DNA of 64,000 nt from an uncultured Gammaproteobacteria bacterium. GTDB lineage: Bacteria > Patescibacteriota > Microgenomatia > PFEM01 > JAPLYW01. Positions 9,327-18,200 of the stretch are shown in pieces. The stretch is from NCBI GenBank assembly GCA_965230945.1, contig OZ246397.1:374284-438283 (forward strand), read 5' to 3'. Position 1 is the stretch's first letter. The number at the start of each line of letters is the position of its first letter. The translations under genes and the position numbers were made by a program. A model generated the notes under the pieces. It saw only the letters and a program-made list of their open reading frames with translations. It searched no databases and had not been told where the DNA came from.

Positions 9327-11153
9327 ATGATGGAATCTAAAGGTGATGGCGGTCACAATTTTAATAAAGAAGTCAGTAAACCTGAAGGAAAGAGGATTAT
9401 TTGGTCTGAAATGGGAAGTCTTTTGAAGGATGACTCTAAAGGAGAAAAGGTTATAAAAAATCCCTTTTTGACTAGGTTAGTAAAACTTCTTTCGACAGCT
9501 GATGAAAAACGTCTTGCCGGTAAAAATTTAAGAGCCTGGCTTGATGAGGGAGATAAAAGGTGGGTTTTGGGTGATGTTTCTAAAGAAGAATGGGAAATTG
9601 TGGCTGGTGTGATAGCCGAGAGACTTGATAAGCTTGCAGGCGAGGGTGATGAAGATGCAGATTTGTCTAAGACTCTGGGGGAAAGTTTAGAAAAATCAGG
9701 AGAAAAGACAGTAAGAGCGATTAGGGATCTTAAAAATTCTCAGGAGAAAAGACAACAAATTCTTGCTGGAGAAAGAGAAGAAGAAGTCCCAGATGATGAA
9801 GAAAAACAGAGAATAAAGCTCATTATGATGGTAGAGAAGATTGAGAATAATAATCTGCCGTTGACTGACTATCGTAATACAGATATTGCCGGAAGGATAG
9901 GGACGATGATAGAAGATGAAAAGGTAAATGAGGATTTAAGAAAAGAGTGCATGGCAAGATTGAGGCTTCGTCATTGTTCAGCTATTGCTGATGCCATTCC
10001 TCCAGGTTCCAAATTAGCAAAAGAGTTTCTTATTGAATCACTTACTAATCCAGAGTCTAGATATTATGTACTTCAGGGTGATGATTTCGATTTACTTTTA
10101 AGGAAAGGCTTACCCGGCCTAAAGGTGGCTGAAGCTTTTAAACTTTTAGAGAAAGCTTCTACTTTAGGTAGAGAGATAATAGATGAAAAAGGTAAGAAGG
10201 TAAGAAAGACCTTAATGGATGAAAGTTTGTCTTTGTCGCAAAGGGAAACAATCCTGAGATCTATTATTGAAAATTTAGGTGGTGGGAAAGAAGCTAAAAA
10301 ATCTTTACAGCTAGCCCAGAGGATAGCGAAAGCTACTTTGGAGACTTCAGTTTGGAATGTAAATATACTAGGTAACGATCCCTTGTCTGAGATAATCTAT
10401 TTTAAAAATTACAGATTTGGTCGAGCTAAGACAGCTAGGGATAAAGGTCCGCTATTAACCATCAGTAGAATTGAGGGTTTTGGTAGCTCTTTTTTTAGAA
10501 GTGCGAAGAATTTTGATCAAAAGATGCTTTTCATGCCCAATGAAGATTTAAAGAAGATTAATAAAGAGAGTGATGATAGTGAGAGGATAAATAGGCTTTT
10601 ACTAAGAAACAGAGGTAGAGACGATGGCGGGAAGTTGAATAAAAATGTGGGGAGATTTGAGCGCTTTCTTGATATTGATGAAATGGAATTTACTGGAATT
10701 GCTCCAGATTCTTACTTAGTATGGCTTGGTCTTAACTTACCCAGATTATTTTTTGTTAAGGATTTGCTTCTTAAAACTCATTGGGAGCCCCAAGATTTTA
10801 ATTCAGATGCCATTGAAAGTTGGGCGAAGCCAATCTCTGTGGTCGATCCTGAAGAAATTTTAGGATTGAGAGTTGAATTTGTAGCTGGTGCTTTCTGGTC
10901 AATTTTTTCAAGACCATCTGAAGCAATGAATAGTGGTTGGGATGGTTTTAGCCTTCAGGCAGTTATAAAAAATTTGACTCGCAGTTTTGAAATTAAAGAT
11001 GAGGAAGGAAGAGAAAAGGAGATTTCTTTTTTAGATCAAGATCGCCGGAATTTTGTTATTAAATATCTTAAAAATTTTGGTATTAATATATATCATGAAG
11101 CGGCTAAAATTGGTACAAAAATTCGTTATACGAAGAGATTTATTGGTAGGTAG
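9327..11153 (+). CDS. Hypothetical protein (608 aa, charged, no recognisable domain)
   Basis: Long ORF transcribed divergently from the T4SS-like operon. Confidence 0.5.
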   Translation: MMESKGDGGHNFNKEVSKPEGKRIIWSEMGSLLKDDSKGEKVIKNPFLTRLVKLLSTADEKRLAGKNLRAWLDEGDKRWVLGDVSKEEWEIVAGVIAERLDKLAGEGDEDADLSKTLGESLEKSGEKTVRAIRDLKNSQEKRQQILAGEREEEVPDDEEKQRIKLIMMVEKIENNNLPLTDYRNTDIAGRIGTMIEDEKVNEDLRKECMARLRLRHCSAIADAIPPGSKLAKEFLIESLTNPESRYYVLQGDDFDLLLRKGLPGLKVAEAFKLLEKASTLGREIIDEKGKKVRKTLMDESLSLSQRETILRSIIENLGGGKEAKKSLQLAQRIAKATLETSVWNVNILGNDPLSEIIYFKNYRFGRAKTARDKGPLLTISRIEGFGSSFFRSAKNFDQKMLFMPNEDLKKINKESDDSERINRLLLRNRGRDDGGKLNKNVGRFERFLDIDEMEFTGIAPDSYLVWLGLNLPRLFFVKDLLLKTHWEPQDFNSDAIESWAKPISVVDPEEILGLRVEFVAGAFWSIFSRPSEAMNSGWDGFSLQAVIKNLTRSFEIKDEEGREKEISFLDQDRRNFVIKYLKNFGINIYHEAAKIGTKIRYTKRFIGR

Positions 11154-11165
11154 TTTTTAGCAATA

Positions 11166-12650
11166 TTATGTATGATAGTGTTTTTGTTTTTTTGCCTGTT
11201 CTAAGTCCACTTCTTTTTCTTTTCCAGCGGAGATTGATGGGAAAACACGTTGTTTTATATAAGTGCCACCAAGATCTTTTGCTTGTTCCCACCCCCATCT
11301 AACAGGTGCAGTGACTGGGGCTAAGGTTTGGCCAAGAGCTGTTCCATATTCAAATGGTTTTTTGGTAATAGCAGATTGGATTATGTCAGCTGCTTTGGGG
11401 ATAAGCAGGATAATAAAAATTCCAACGAAAGGGAAGATGAGGGTGGTGAGTATCCAGAATGGACCGTATGTTGCGCTAGTCTTCAAAATACTCCCTAGGC
11501 CGATGAAGTTAAACTCTGCTATAGCTGTTAAAGCCTTACCATAGTCACCTGTAAGTTTTCCAATTGCTTCTAAAACGCCTGTGATCATAAGGTAAAAGCC
11601 AAGAAGAAGCATAGTAAGCATTGTGGGTAAAACAGCAATGTTGGCTAGGAGGTTTTTAAACCAGGCTCCCATAGCGTTGCTTCCAGGCAAAACTCCTATT
11701 AGGATTTGGAATGGAGCAAAGATAAGATTGATAACTATCATCGCAAAGGCTTTAAGTAAGGTCCAGAGGGCACGAAAGAATGCAATTAATAAAAGAAGCC
11801 CAATAATTAAGTTTAAAATTAATCCAAGGGGAAAGAGAAAGATGAAAAACATAAAAATATAGGGAGCGGCAAGGAGCATAACGAAATAGTTAGTAAGTAG
11901 GCCTAAGGCAAGACCGCCTAGCCCCATATCAGCACCAAAAAAGTCTAAGGCGCTATTTTTTAAGGTTCCTCCAAGCCCCTCAAATAATTCAACAGTAAGA
12001 CCCCAAAAGATATTACCGATAACCCCATTTATAAAAAAGGCGACATCAATTAACAAGCCTACGATTGCGTAAGAGAGGGTAATCAAAATTAAAGCAAAAA
12101 CAACTCGTGGTAGAGCAGATTGAATAGTAATTACGGCTTGGGGGGAGATTTTTACTCGGAACATAATAGCAAAGCCCATTCCTACCAAAATAAGAGCAAA
12201 GAGAATATAGGAGATATTACGAAAAGCTTTCCAAATGTTTTGGGTTATCGCCATAATTTTATACCCAGAAACGATTTTTTCTTGAGCGTAAACAGGCTTT
12301 GTAATTCCTAACTGCCTCCCGATATCAGCGAAATACTGAACCCCAGAAGCCGGTGGAGAACTATAAATACCGGCAATTAAAATCGTTGTCGCTCCAAGTA
12401 AACCTGGATTTTTTTCTCTAGCTTCAGGATCCCAAAAATTGCCAATAATAAAATGTTGAATTGAACCAGCAATAGCTTTCATTGTTTCATTAACAAAGCT
12501 TTGGAGGTTCATTTCTTCCGCCTTGATGGCTTCTTCAAATTGGAATTGGCTACCTTTGGTTTCAAAGGCTAAAGCGGGGCGAAGAAACAAAGGAAGAATC
12601 AGAAGAAAGATAAGAATTCCTAAAACGACTTTTCTTTTTTTGGCAGGCAT
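11166..12650 (-). CDS. VirB6/TrbL-like polytopic membrane protein
   Basis: 494 aa with signal peptide (LGILIFLLILPLFLRPALAFE) and an ~110-aa extracytoplasmic region. Six or more TM helices follow. It sits beside the pilin genes and the VirB4 locus. Confidence 0.6.
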   Translation of the reverse strand: MPAKKRKVVLGILIFLLILPLFLRPALAFETKGSQFQFEEAIKAEEMNLQSFVNETMKAIAGSIQHFIIGNFWDPEAREKNPGLLGATTILIAGIYSSPPASGVQYFADIGRQLGITKPVYAQEKIVSGYKIMAITQNIWKAFRNISYILFALILVGMGFAIMFRVKISPQAVITIQSALPRVVFALILITLSYAIVGLLIDVAFFINGVIGNIFWGLTVELFEGLGGTLKNSALDFFGADMGLGGLALGLLTNYFVMLLAAPYIFMFFIFLFPLGLILNLIIGLLLLIAFFRALWTLLKAFAMIVINLIFAPFQILIGVLPGSNAMGAWFKNLLANIAVLPTMLTMLLLGFYLMITGVLEAIGKLTGDYGKALTAIAEFNFIGLGSILKTSATYGPFWILTTLIFPFVGIFIILLIPKAADIIQSAITKKPFEYGTALGQTLAPVTAPVRWGWEQAKDLGGTYIKQRVFPSISAGKEKEVDLEQAKKQKHYHT

Positions 12651-12704
12651 ATTAGTTAATTAAACGATAACATCAATTAGTACGAAATTCAACAACTACT
12701 CTTC

Positions 12705-14453
12705 CTATTTTTTGGGTCGTAAAGCTTCATTAACAACATATTCTTTCGCTTTTTGAACCCCGCCAAGGTGGGGGAAATAAAATAAACCTTTTTGGGGAGA
12801 AACATCTGGGTCATAGCTGTAAGAAACTGTGTCTGCTGCGGCTATATCGTCAAAAACTGGGTAGCTATGAGGGCGAAAGATATTAAAGAAACCGCCATTA
12901 GCATTGGCAGTATAACTCCAGATTTCGTCTAGATAAGGATGATAAAGATTGACACCAAAACCGCGGGAAACATCCTTTTCAGCTGGATCATTGCAAGATG
13001 CTGAAGGAGAGGCACTTAAAATACATTCGTCATAAAAAGGATTATCAAATTCTTCCTGAGCAACTAATTTTCCTGTGATTTCTTGACAACAAAGTTCGTC
13101 ACCATCCTCGTTGGCTAAAAGATAATTTTCTTTAAAGCAGGCGTAGGGTGGGGTGGTTTTGGAGATTTCGGGAGTTTTAACCATTTCAATTTCTTTGCCT
13201 TTTGGAGTAAGGATTTGGCTGATGATTTGGCTTCCCTCATAAAGCCGAGCCAAATGAGGTACAGCCTCAATTTTAGCTTCTTCAACTTCAAAAGTATCTT
13301 CTGGATGTTCATAAGCCAAATAGGGATCAATTTTACCTTGAATATCTTCCCGACTTAACATTGGTGTTGCCTGCCAAAGCCGATACCATTCCCCCTCATC
13401 TCTATTTTTCCATTCTAAAAAATCCTCTTTATATTTTAAAAAATCTTCTTGGTATTTTTCTTCATTTGGGTTAGGGGGAGGGATAATTTCAGAAAGATTT
13501 TCCTCTTCTGTTTTGCCTGTATAGATATGAACTATTCCTGGTATTTTCTGAGAGAGTTCAGTCAAACCCTTATAAATGTCTCCAATAATAGGTGCTTTTT
13601 CAATGAAATCGCTTGTTTTGGCAACAAACCAACCAGGGGTTCCTTCTTGAAGACTAGCATAAAGACAGTAGTGGCCAATATCTGGAATATCTAGTTTAAT
13701 TTCTGGGGGGTTTTCATAATTCAAAATGTGGCTAAAAAAGGCGATAATCTTGTTGACTGTCTCACGGTTGACAAAATCAACGATTTCTTCACCAACAAAC
13801 TTAGTTGCATCTAGCCAAAAAGGAAAGTCCCAACAAAAGCGGCCAATATATTTAATCTTGTAATCATGAATCTCTTTTTCTTGAGCTCTTGTTATCAATT
13901 GTTTTTTAAGTTGATTTTGATATTCAAAGGGTGTGAGTTTTCTTAATATTCCTTGATAATTAGTGAGAGTGGTTTTATTGCCATGATTGCGATAATATTC
14001 ATCAGTTCCCTCTAGATAATCAGCTAGATATTTTTCTTCGCTGGCATTAGAAATTTCCCAAAACTGGAACAATGTTTCTTCTTCCATATTTCTTTTACCG
14101 ACAAAAGGAATTTTGATTTCGGTGGGGTCGATAGTTACATTACCAGTCCAGTCTTCTTTAATAATTTCACCTTCGTTTTTGCGATATTCAATTTCATCAA
14201 ATACTTCAAAAGAGGTAGCACAAAAGGGAGTAAGGGGAGCTTCCTTATCGCATAAATTGCATTTTGCCGGTCGAGGATCTCTTTCTAATGAAGTTTCGCC
14301 AGGATCACATTCAACTTCAGCAGGCCCTAGGGATTTAGCGAAAATTGATTGAACACCAAATTTGGAAAAGGAGAAAATAATAAAAAAAATAAGCAAAAAA
14401 AATAAGGCGGCCTTTTTCATTAAAGAAAATCTAAGGATTGAGCAGGGTTTCAT
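12705..14453 (-). CDS. Secreted Cys-rich protein (candidate pilus-associated adhesin/tip protein)
   Basis: 582 aa with N-terminal signal/TM and many Cys pairs (CDPGETS, CNLCDKEAPLTPFC, CCQEITG). It lies between the VirB6-like gene and the pilin array. The true start is probably the internal MKKAAL (about 14420). Confidence 0.5.
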   Translation of the reverse strand: MKPCSILRFSLMKKAALFFLLIFFIIFSFSKFGVQSIFAKSLGPAEVECDPGETSLERDPRPAKCNLCDKEAPLTPFCATSFEVFDEIEYRKNEGEIIKEDWTGNVTIDPTEIKIPFVGKRNMEEETLFQFWEISNASEEKYLADYLEGTDEYYRNHGNKTTLTNYQGILRKLTPFEYQNQLKKQLITRAQEKEIHDYKIKYIGRFCWDFPFWLDATKFVGEEIVDFVNRETVNKIIAFFSHILNYENPPEIKLDIPDIGHYCLYASLQEGTPGWFVAKTSDFIEKAPIIGDIYKGLTELSQKIPGIVHIYTGKTEEENLSEIIPPPNPNEEKYQEDFLKYKEDFLEWKNRDEGEWYRLWQATPMLSREDIQGKIDPYLAYEHPEDTFEVEEAKIEAVPHLARLYEGSQIISQILTPKGKEIEMVKTPEISKTTPPYACFKENYLLANEDGDELCCQEITGKLVAQEEFDNPFYDECILSASPSASCNDPAEKDVSRGFGVNLYHPYLDEIWSYTANANGGFFNIFRPHSYPVFDDIAAADTVSYSYDPDVSPQKGLFYFPHLGGVQKAKEYVVNEALRPKK

Positions 14454-14455
14454 TT

Positions 14456-14824
14456 TTAATCTAGCGTTTTATAAGGAATTGTTATGTTTGTAGTAAGGTT
14501 GATGCCGGTGAATTTTTCTAAAAAGAGCATTATAAACCAGGCGGCGATGACCGTTACTAGGCCGAAGATAGCATAGGTGATGGTTTGACTTGCAGCTTGG
14601 GTTCTTTTAGGATCACCACCAGCAGTAAGATATTGGAAACCACCGACAATAAGCATAATGAAAGCAGCGATTCCAGCTAATCGAACAACGATATTAAGAA
14701 TTCTTGAGATAATGGAACCTAGGTCTTCAATTTTTGCCGGTTGATCAGGATCGGCTTCGTTTGACCATCCTTGAGCCAAAACAAGCGCCGGCAACATGGC
14801 TAGATAAGAGGTAATTTTCTTCAC
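14456..14824 (-). CDS. VirB2/TrbC-like pilin paralog 1
   Basis: 122 aa with a signal-peptide-like N-terminus. Two hydrophobic helices are separated by the loop TAGGDPKRTQAASQ. Confidence 0.65.
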   Translation of the reverse strand: MKKITSYLAMLPALVLAQGWSNEADPDQPAKIEDLGSIISRILNIVVRLAGIAAFIMLIVGGFQYLTAGGDPKRTQAASQTITYAIFGLVTVIAAWFIMLFLEKFTGINLTTNITIPYKTLD

Positions 14825-14894
14825 GCTTTAAATTTACACTAAAAAAATATACCCGTCAAGAAAAGTAGTTTAAATAATTAAACCCTTTTGTTGC

Positions 14895-15149
14895 CTAGAC
14901 GGTTGGGATGCTTAAGGTTAAGATTTGGATACCAAAGAAGGTTTCAATTAACCTTATAATAGCCCAAGCAGCAAAAACAATGACTAAGCCAACTAAGGCA
15001 GCCGTCAAGGTTTGTTGAGCATTAGCTGTTTTTTCTTTATCGCCACCTGAGGTAACCCATTTAATACCACCGATGATTAGGAAGATAAAGGCGATTAAGG
15101 CAGCAATGACTAAAATTAAGCGGATGGCGCCAGAAACAATTCTAGGCAC
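14895..15149 (-). CDS. VirB2/TrbC-like pilin paralog 2 (annotated from GTG; an N-terminal leader is likely encoded upstream from a non-AUG start up to about 15260)
   Basis: Two-helix core with the loop TSGGDKEKTANAQQ. The in-frame upstream extension has no ATG but sits 7 nt after a strong SD (GGAGGTG). Confidence 0.55.
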   Translation of the reverse strand: MPRIVSGAIRLILVIAALIAFIFLIIGGIKWVTSGGDKEKTANAQQTLTAALVGLVIVFAAWAIIRLIETFFGIQILTLSIPTV

Positions 15150-15312
15150 TGTTAATTCAGCTAGATTGGCAAATTGGCCTCCTGGAGCAAGATCAATTTC
15201 TTCAGCTGCAAAAACAACAGCAGGGAGTATATTTTTGATTTTACTAATTAGTTTTTTAATATTTTTTCACCTCCTTTCACTTTAATAATATTATTATGCT
15301 TCTTACTTACTG

Positions 15313-15684
15313 TCAAATTGTACCGGCTGTTGGTAAAGGAATTTTCAGATCTTTAAGCCAGCCTAGTCCAAAGATACTGCCAATAAAATTAGCAATGGCA
15401 AAAACACAGATGAGAATGATAAAGCCAACAATGGCATTGCTAAGTCTTCTTTGGGCGCCCTGAAGTCTTTCTTTATCAGAGCCGCTGGTGGCCCAGGCAA
15501 TACCACTCCAGACAATCATGATTAGAAGTATGATTGCGCCGGCAATAATCATCATATTGATAATATTAGCGAGTAGTTGTCCAATAATAACTGGTCCGGC
15601 ATCGGTGCCGCCCCTACCAAATTTAGGCACTAGAGGGTTATAAATAGTGCCTTCTTGAGCGAAAACAGTCTTTATTATTTTCAT
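15313..15684 (-). CDS. VirB2/TrbC-like pilin paralog 3
   Basis: 123 aa two-helix protein with the loop ATSGSDKERLQGAQ. Confidence 0.65.
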   Translation of the reverse strand: MKIIKTVFAQEGTIYNPLVPKFGRGGTDAGPVIIGQLLANIINMMIIAGAIILLIMIVWSGIAWATSGSDKERLQGAQRRLSNAIVGFIILICVFAIANFIGSIFGLGWLKDLKIPLPTAGTI

Positions 15685-16052
15685 TGGCCTCCAATGTTTA
15701 TAATATTGGTAATAGCTTCATTAATTTCTAAAAACCTTACCCCAAAAATTTTCCCTACCAGAGCTATTAATGCATAGGCTCCAACAACAATGGCCAGACC
15801 AATAATAGAGTTAGTTAATTTACGGCCAGCATTAACGAGTCTTTCTCTATCTCCACCAGCGCTTAAGTAGTTGTAGCCAGCAACAATAACCTGGAATAGA
15901 AACCAAATACCAGCACCAATAGTCATTGCTCCTATGGCTATACTAATGATGTCAGCAAGAATAACTCCTGGCTGTTCTGGGCTAACCCAAGGTCCTAAAC
16001 CTTCTCCTCCAATGGTGCCTAATTCTTTGTCTGCTAGTAATATTCTTGTCAT
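15681..16052 (-). CDS. VirB2/TrbC-like pilin paralog 4
   Basis: 123 aa with the loop SAGGDRERLVNAGR. Confidence 0.65.
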   Translation of the reverse strand: MTRILLADKELGTIGGEGLGPWVSPEQPGVILADIISIAIGAMTIGAGIWFLFQVIVAGYNYLSAGGDRERLVNAGRKLTNSIIGLAIVVGAYALIALVGKIFGVRFLEINEAITNIINIGGQ

Positions 16053-16053
16053 T

Positions 16054-16461
16054 TTATTCCCCTGGTCCGTAAATAACTGGTTTTAAAATAGCGGTGGCAT
16101 TACCAAATAAAAGTAAACCTAATAATCCAGCTAAGGCAAAGGAGCCAATGATAATTAATAGCCCTACCATTGATTGCCAGATCTTAGCCCAGGCAAGTTC
16201 GACTTTTTTAGGATCACCAGCGGCGCTCATAAATTGGTATCCAGCTAAAATGAAATTGAACAAAGCCCAAATTCCGGCACCAACAACAAGAAGTTTAAGA
16301 ATGTTATTAAAGAGAACGATCATTCCTTCTGGTCCTCCCCCAGGATATAACTTTTCAAGCGCCTCTGGGGGCTTTATTTTACCGAAAATACCTCCTGTCT
16401 TTATTGAGCTGCCTTTCCCTGCGTCTATATCTTGATATAGAGATGCTAGTCTATTTATCAT
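16054..16461 (-). CDS. VirB2/TrbC-like pilin paralog 5
   Basis: 135 aa with the loop SAAGDPKKVELAWA. Confidence 0.6.
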   Translation of the reverse strand: MINRLASLYQDIDAGKGSSIKTGGIFGKIKPPEALEKLYPGGGPEGMIVLFNNILKLLVVGAGIWALFNFILAGYQFMSAAGDPKKVELAWAKIWQSMVGLLIIIGSFALAGLLGLLLFGNATAILKPVIYGPGE

Positions 16462-16802
16462 AAGCCTGAGTTAAAAATATTGATTCCTGTTACAATTTCG
16501 ATAATTCTTATAATCCAAAAGGAACAAAAGATGATAACAAAGCCAATTAAAGCAGCCGTAATTGCTTGTTTGCCTTTTTTGGCTTGTTCTGGATTCTCTT
16601 GTCCTGCTCCCATCATAAACATAAATCCACCGACAATCAAGAGTATGAAAAGAATTATTCCAGCAAGGATATAAATGTTGTTTAAAAGATTGGAAATTAT
16701 TTCTCCAATTGAACCAAACCCAGGAGCATCTTTAATACCGGTATTTTGTTTAACCCAAAAATCTTCACCGATATTTATCTTAAAAGCAAGTAATTTTTTC
16801 AC
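16458..16802 (-). CDS. VirB2/TrbC-like pilin paralog 6
   Basis: 114 aa with the loop GAGQENPEQAKKGKQ. Confidence 0.6.
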   Translation of the reverse strand: MKKLLAFKINIGEDFWVKQNTGIKDAPGFGSIGEIISNLLNNIYILAGIILFILLIVGGFMFMMGAGQENPEQAKKGKQAITAALIGFVIIFCSFWIIRIIEIVTGINIFNSGL

Positions 16803-16856
16803 CGCCTTAGTTTAGCAAGATTTAGTTAAAAGTGTCAACAAAAAGTTAGACTTTAA

Positions 16857-17597
16857 ATGTTTAAAGTGCTAGAATCAGTACTTACCGTGGCCAAGTTAGA
16901 ACTAGATATGGACAATATTCCTCAGCATATTGGTATTATTATGGATGGTAATCGAAGATGGGCAGAAAAGAAAGGTCTAGGCGTTGATGAAGGCCATGAG
17001 GAAGGTTTAAGAGCTTTAGAAAAAATTGTTGATCATTGTTTAGAATTAGGAGTAAGGAATTTGACCGTTTATGCTCTTTCTACTGAAAATTGGCGAAAAA
17101 GAACGAAAAGTGAGGTAAAAGGCATTTTCAGTCTTTTACTTAGGGTTTGTAAAGAAAAGAAAGAGAAATACCAAAAAAGAGGCATTAAATTTGTGGTTTT
17201 GGGTGAGTTTCAAGCTTTTCCCCGCAAGGTGGCTCGAGCCATTAAAGAAGTGCTTGACATTATTAAGAAAAATGAACGCTTAAGAGTTAATGTTGCTTTA
17301 AATTATGGAGGTCGAGATGAAATTCTTCGAGCTGTTAAAGAAGTTATATCTCATAAAATTCCCGCCAAAAAAATTAATGAAAAAATCTTTGGCAAATTCC
17401 TTTATACCAGTGGTGAACCTGATCCTGATTTAATTATTCGCACTGGAGGAGAAGTTAGACTTTCTAATTTTCTTTTATGGCAGATCTCTTATGCTGAACT
17501 TTACTTTACTAATGTTTTATGGCCTGATTTTACCCCAAAAGAGTTAGACAAAGCGATTATTGAATACCAGAGGAGAAAAAGAAACTTCGGGAAGTAG
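16857..17597 (+). CDS. uppS: Undecaprenyl diphosphate synthase (isoprenyl transferase)
   Basis: UppS motifs DGNRRWA, STENWRR and RTGGEVRLSNFLLWQISYAELYF. Confidence 0.93.
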   Translation: MFKVLESVLTVAKLELDMDNIPQHIGIIMDGNRRWAEKKGLGVDEGHEEGLRALEKIVDHCLELGVRNLTVYALSTENWRKRTKSEVKGIFSLLLRVCKEKKEKYQKRGIKFVVLGEFQAFPRKVARAIKEVLDIIKKNERLRVNVALNYGGRDEILRAVKEVISHKIPAKKINEKIFGKFLYTSGEPDPDLIIRTGGEVRLSNFLLWQISYAELYFTNVLWPDFTPKELDKAIIEYQRRKRNFGK

Positions 17598-17915
17598 TTA
17601 TCTTAAAATACTTATTCCAAAAACAATTTCTAGAATTCTCATTAGCCAATAGCTGATAAAAATAATAACAAAGCCAATAATTGCCGAGGTGATTCTTCCC
17701 TGAGCGGTTTTAACCTTGTCTGGATTACCGCCAGAAGTTAAAAGGCCAAATCCACCCATAATTAGCATAATAAATAAAACTAAGCCAGCAATGGTAAAAA
17801 TATAAGGAATTAATGCAGAGATAATATCACTGATACTGGCATCTTTAAATTTAAAACCAATAGGTTCGGTAATTTCTTTTTCTACTCCTGGTAAAGTTAA
17901 AGCTAATTTTTTCAT
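17598..17915 (-). CDS. VirB2/TrbC-like pilin paralog 7 (start taken at the internal MKKLALTL)
   Basis: Loop TSGGNPDKVKTAQG. The stop of the upstream paralog lies 1 nt before this ATG. Confidence 0.6.
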   Translation of the reverse strand: MKKLALTLPGVEKEITEPIGFKFKDASISDIISALIPYIFTIAGLVLFIMLIMGGFGLLTSGGNPDKVKTAQGRITSAIIGFVIIFISYWLMRILEIVFGISILR

Positions 17916-17916
17916 T

Positions 17917-18186
17917 TTATTTGAACCCCGGAATCTCAAGAATATCATGGCCAAGAAGTCTCAGTATAAAAACAGAAAAGATGATTAAAAGTAGGCCAGC
18001 AATGGCCGAGGTAATCATTTCCTTACCAGCTTTGACTCTATCTGGGTTACCTGCTGATAGAATAATTTGAAAACCGCCAAAAACAATAAGTAAAAAAGCA
18101 ATTACTCCACCTAGACCCATGGCGATTGGGAGTATGTTGTTGATTTTTTCAGCGAGGTCTTCCATATGTTGCTTAAATTCTATCAC
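17917..18186 (-). CDS. VirB2/TrbC-like pilin paralog 8
   Basis: 89 aa with the loop SAGNPDRVKAGKE. Confidence 0.6.
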   Translation of the reverse strand: MIEFKQHMEDLAEKINNILPIAMGLGGVIAFLLIVFGGFQIILSAGNPDRVKAGKEMITSAIAGLLLIIFSVFILRLLGHDILEIPGFK

Positions 18187-18200
18187 TTTCCCTTAATAAG

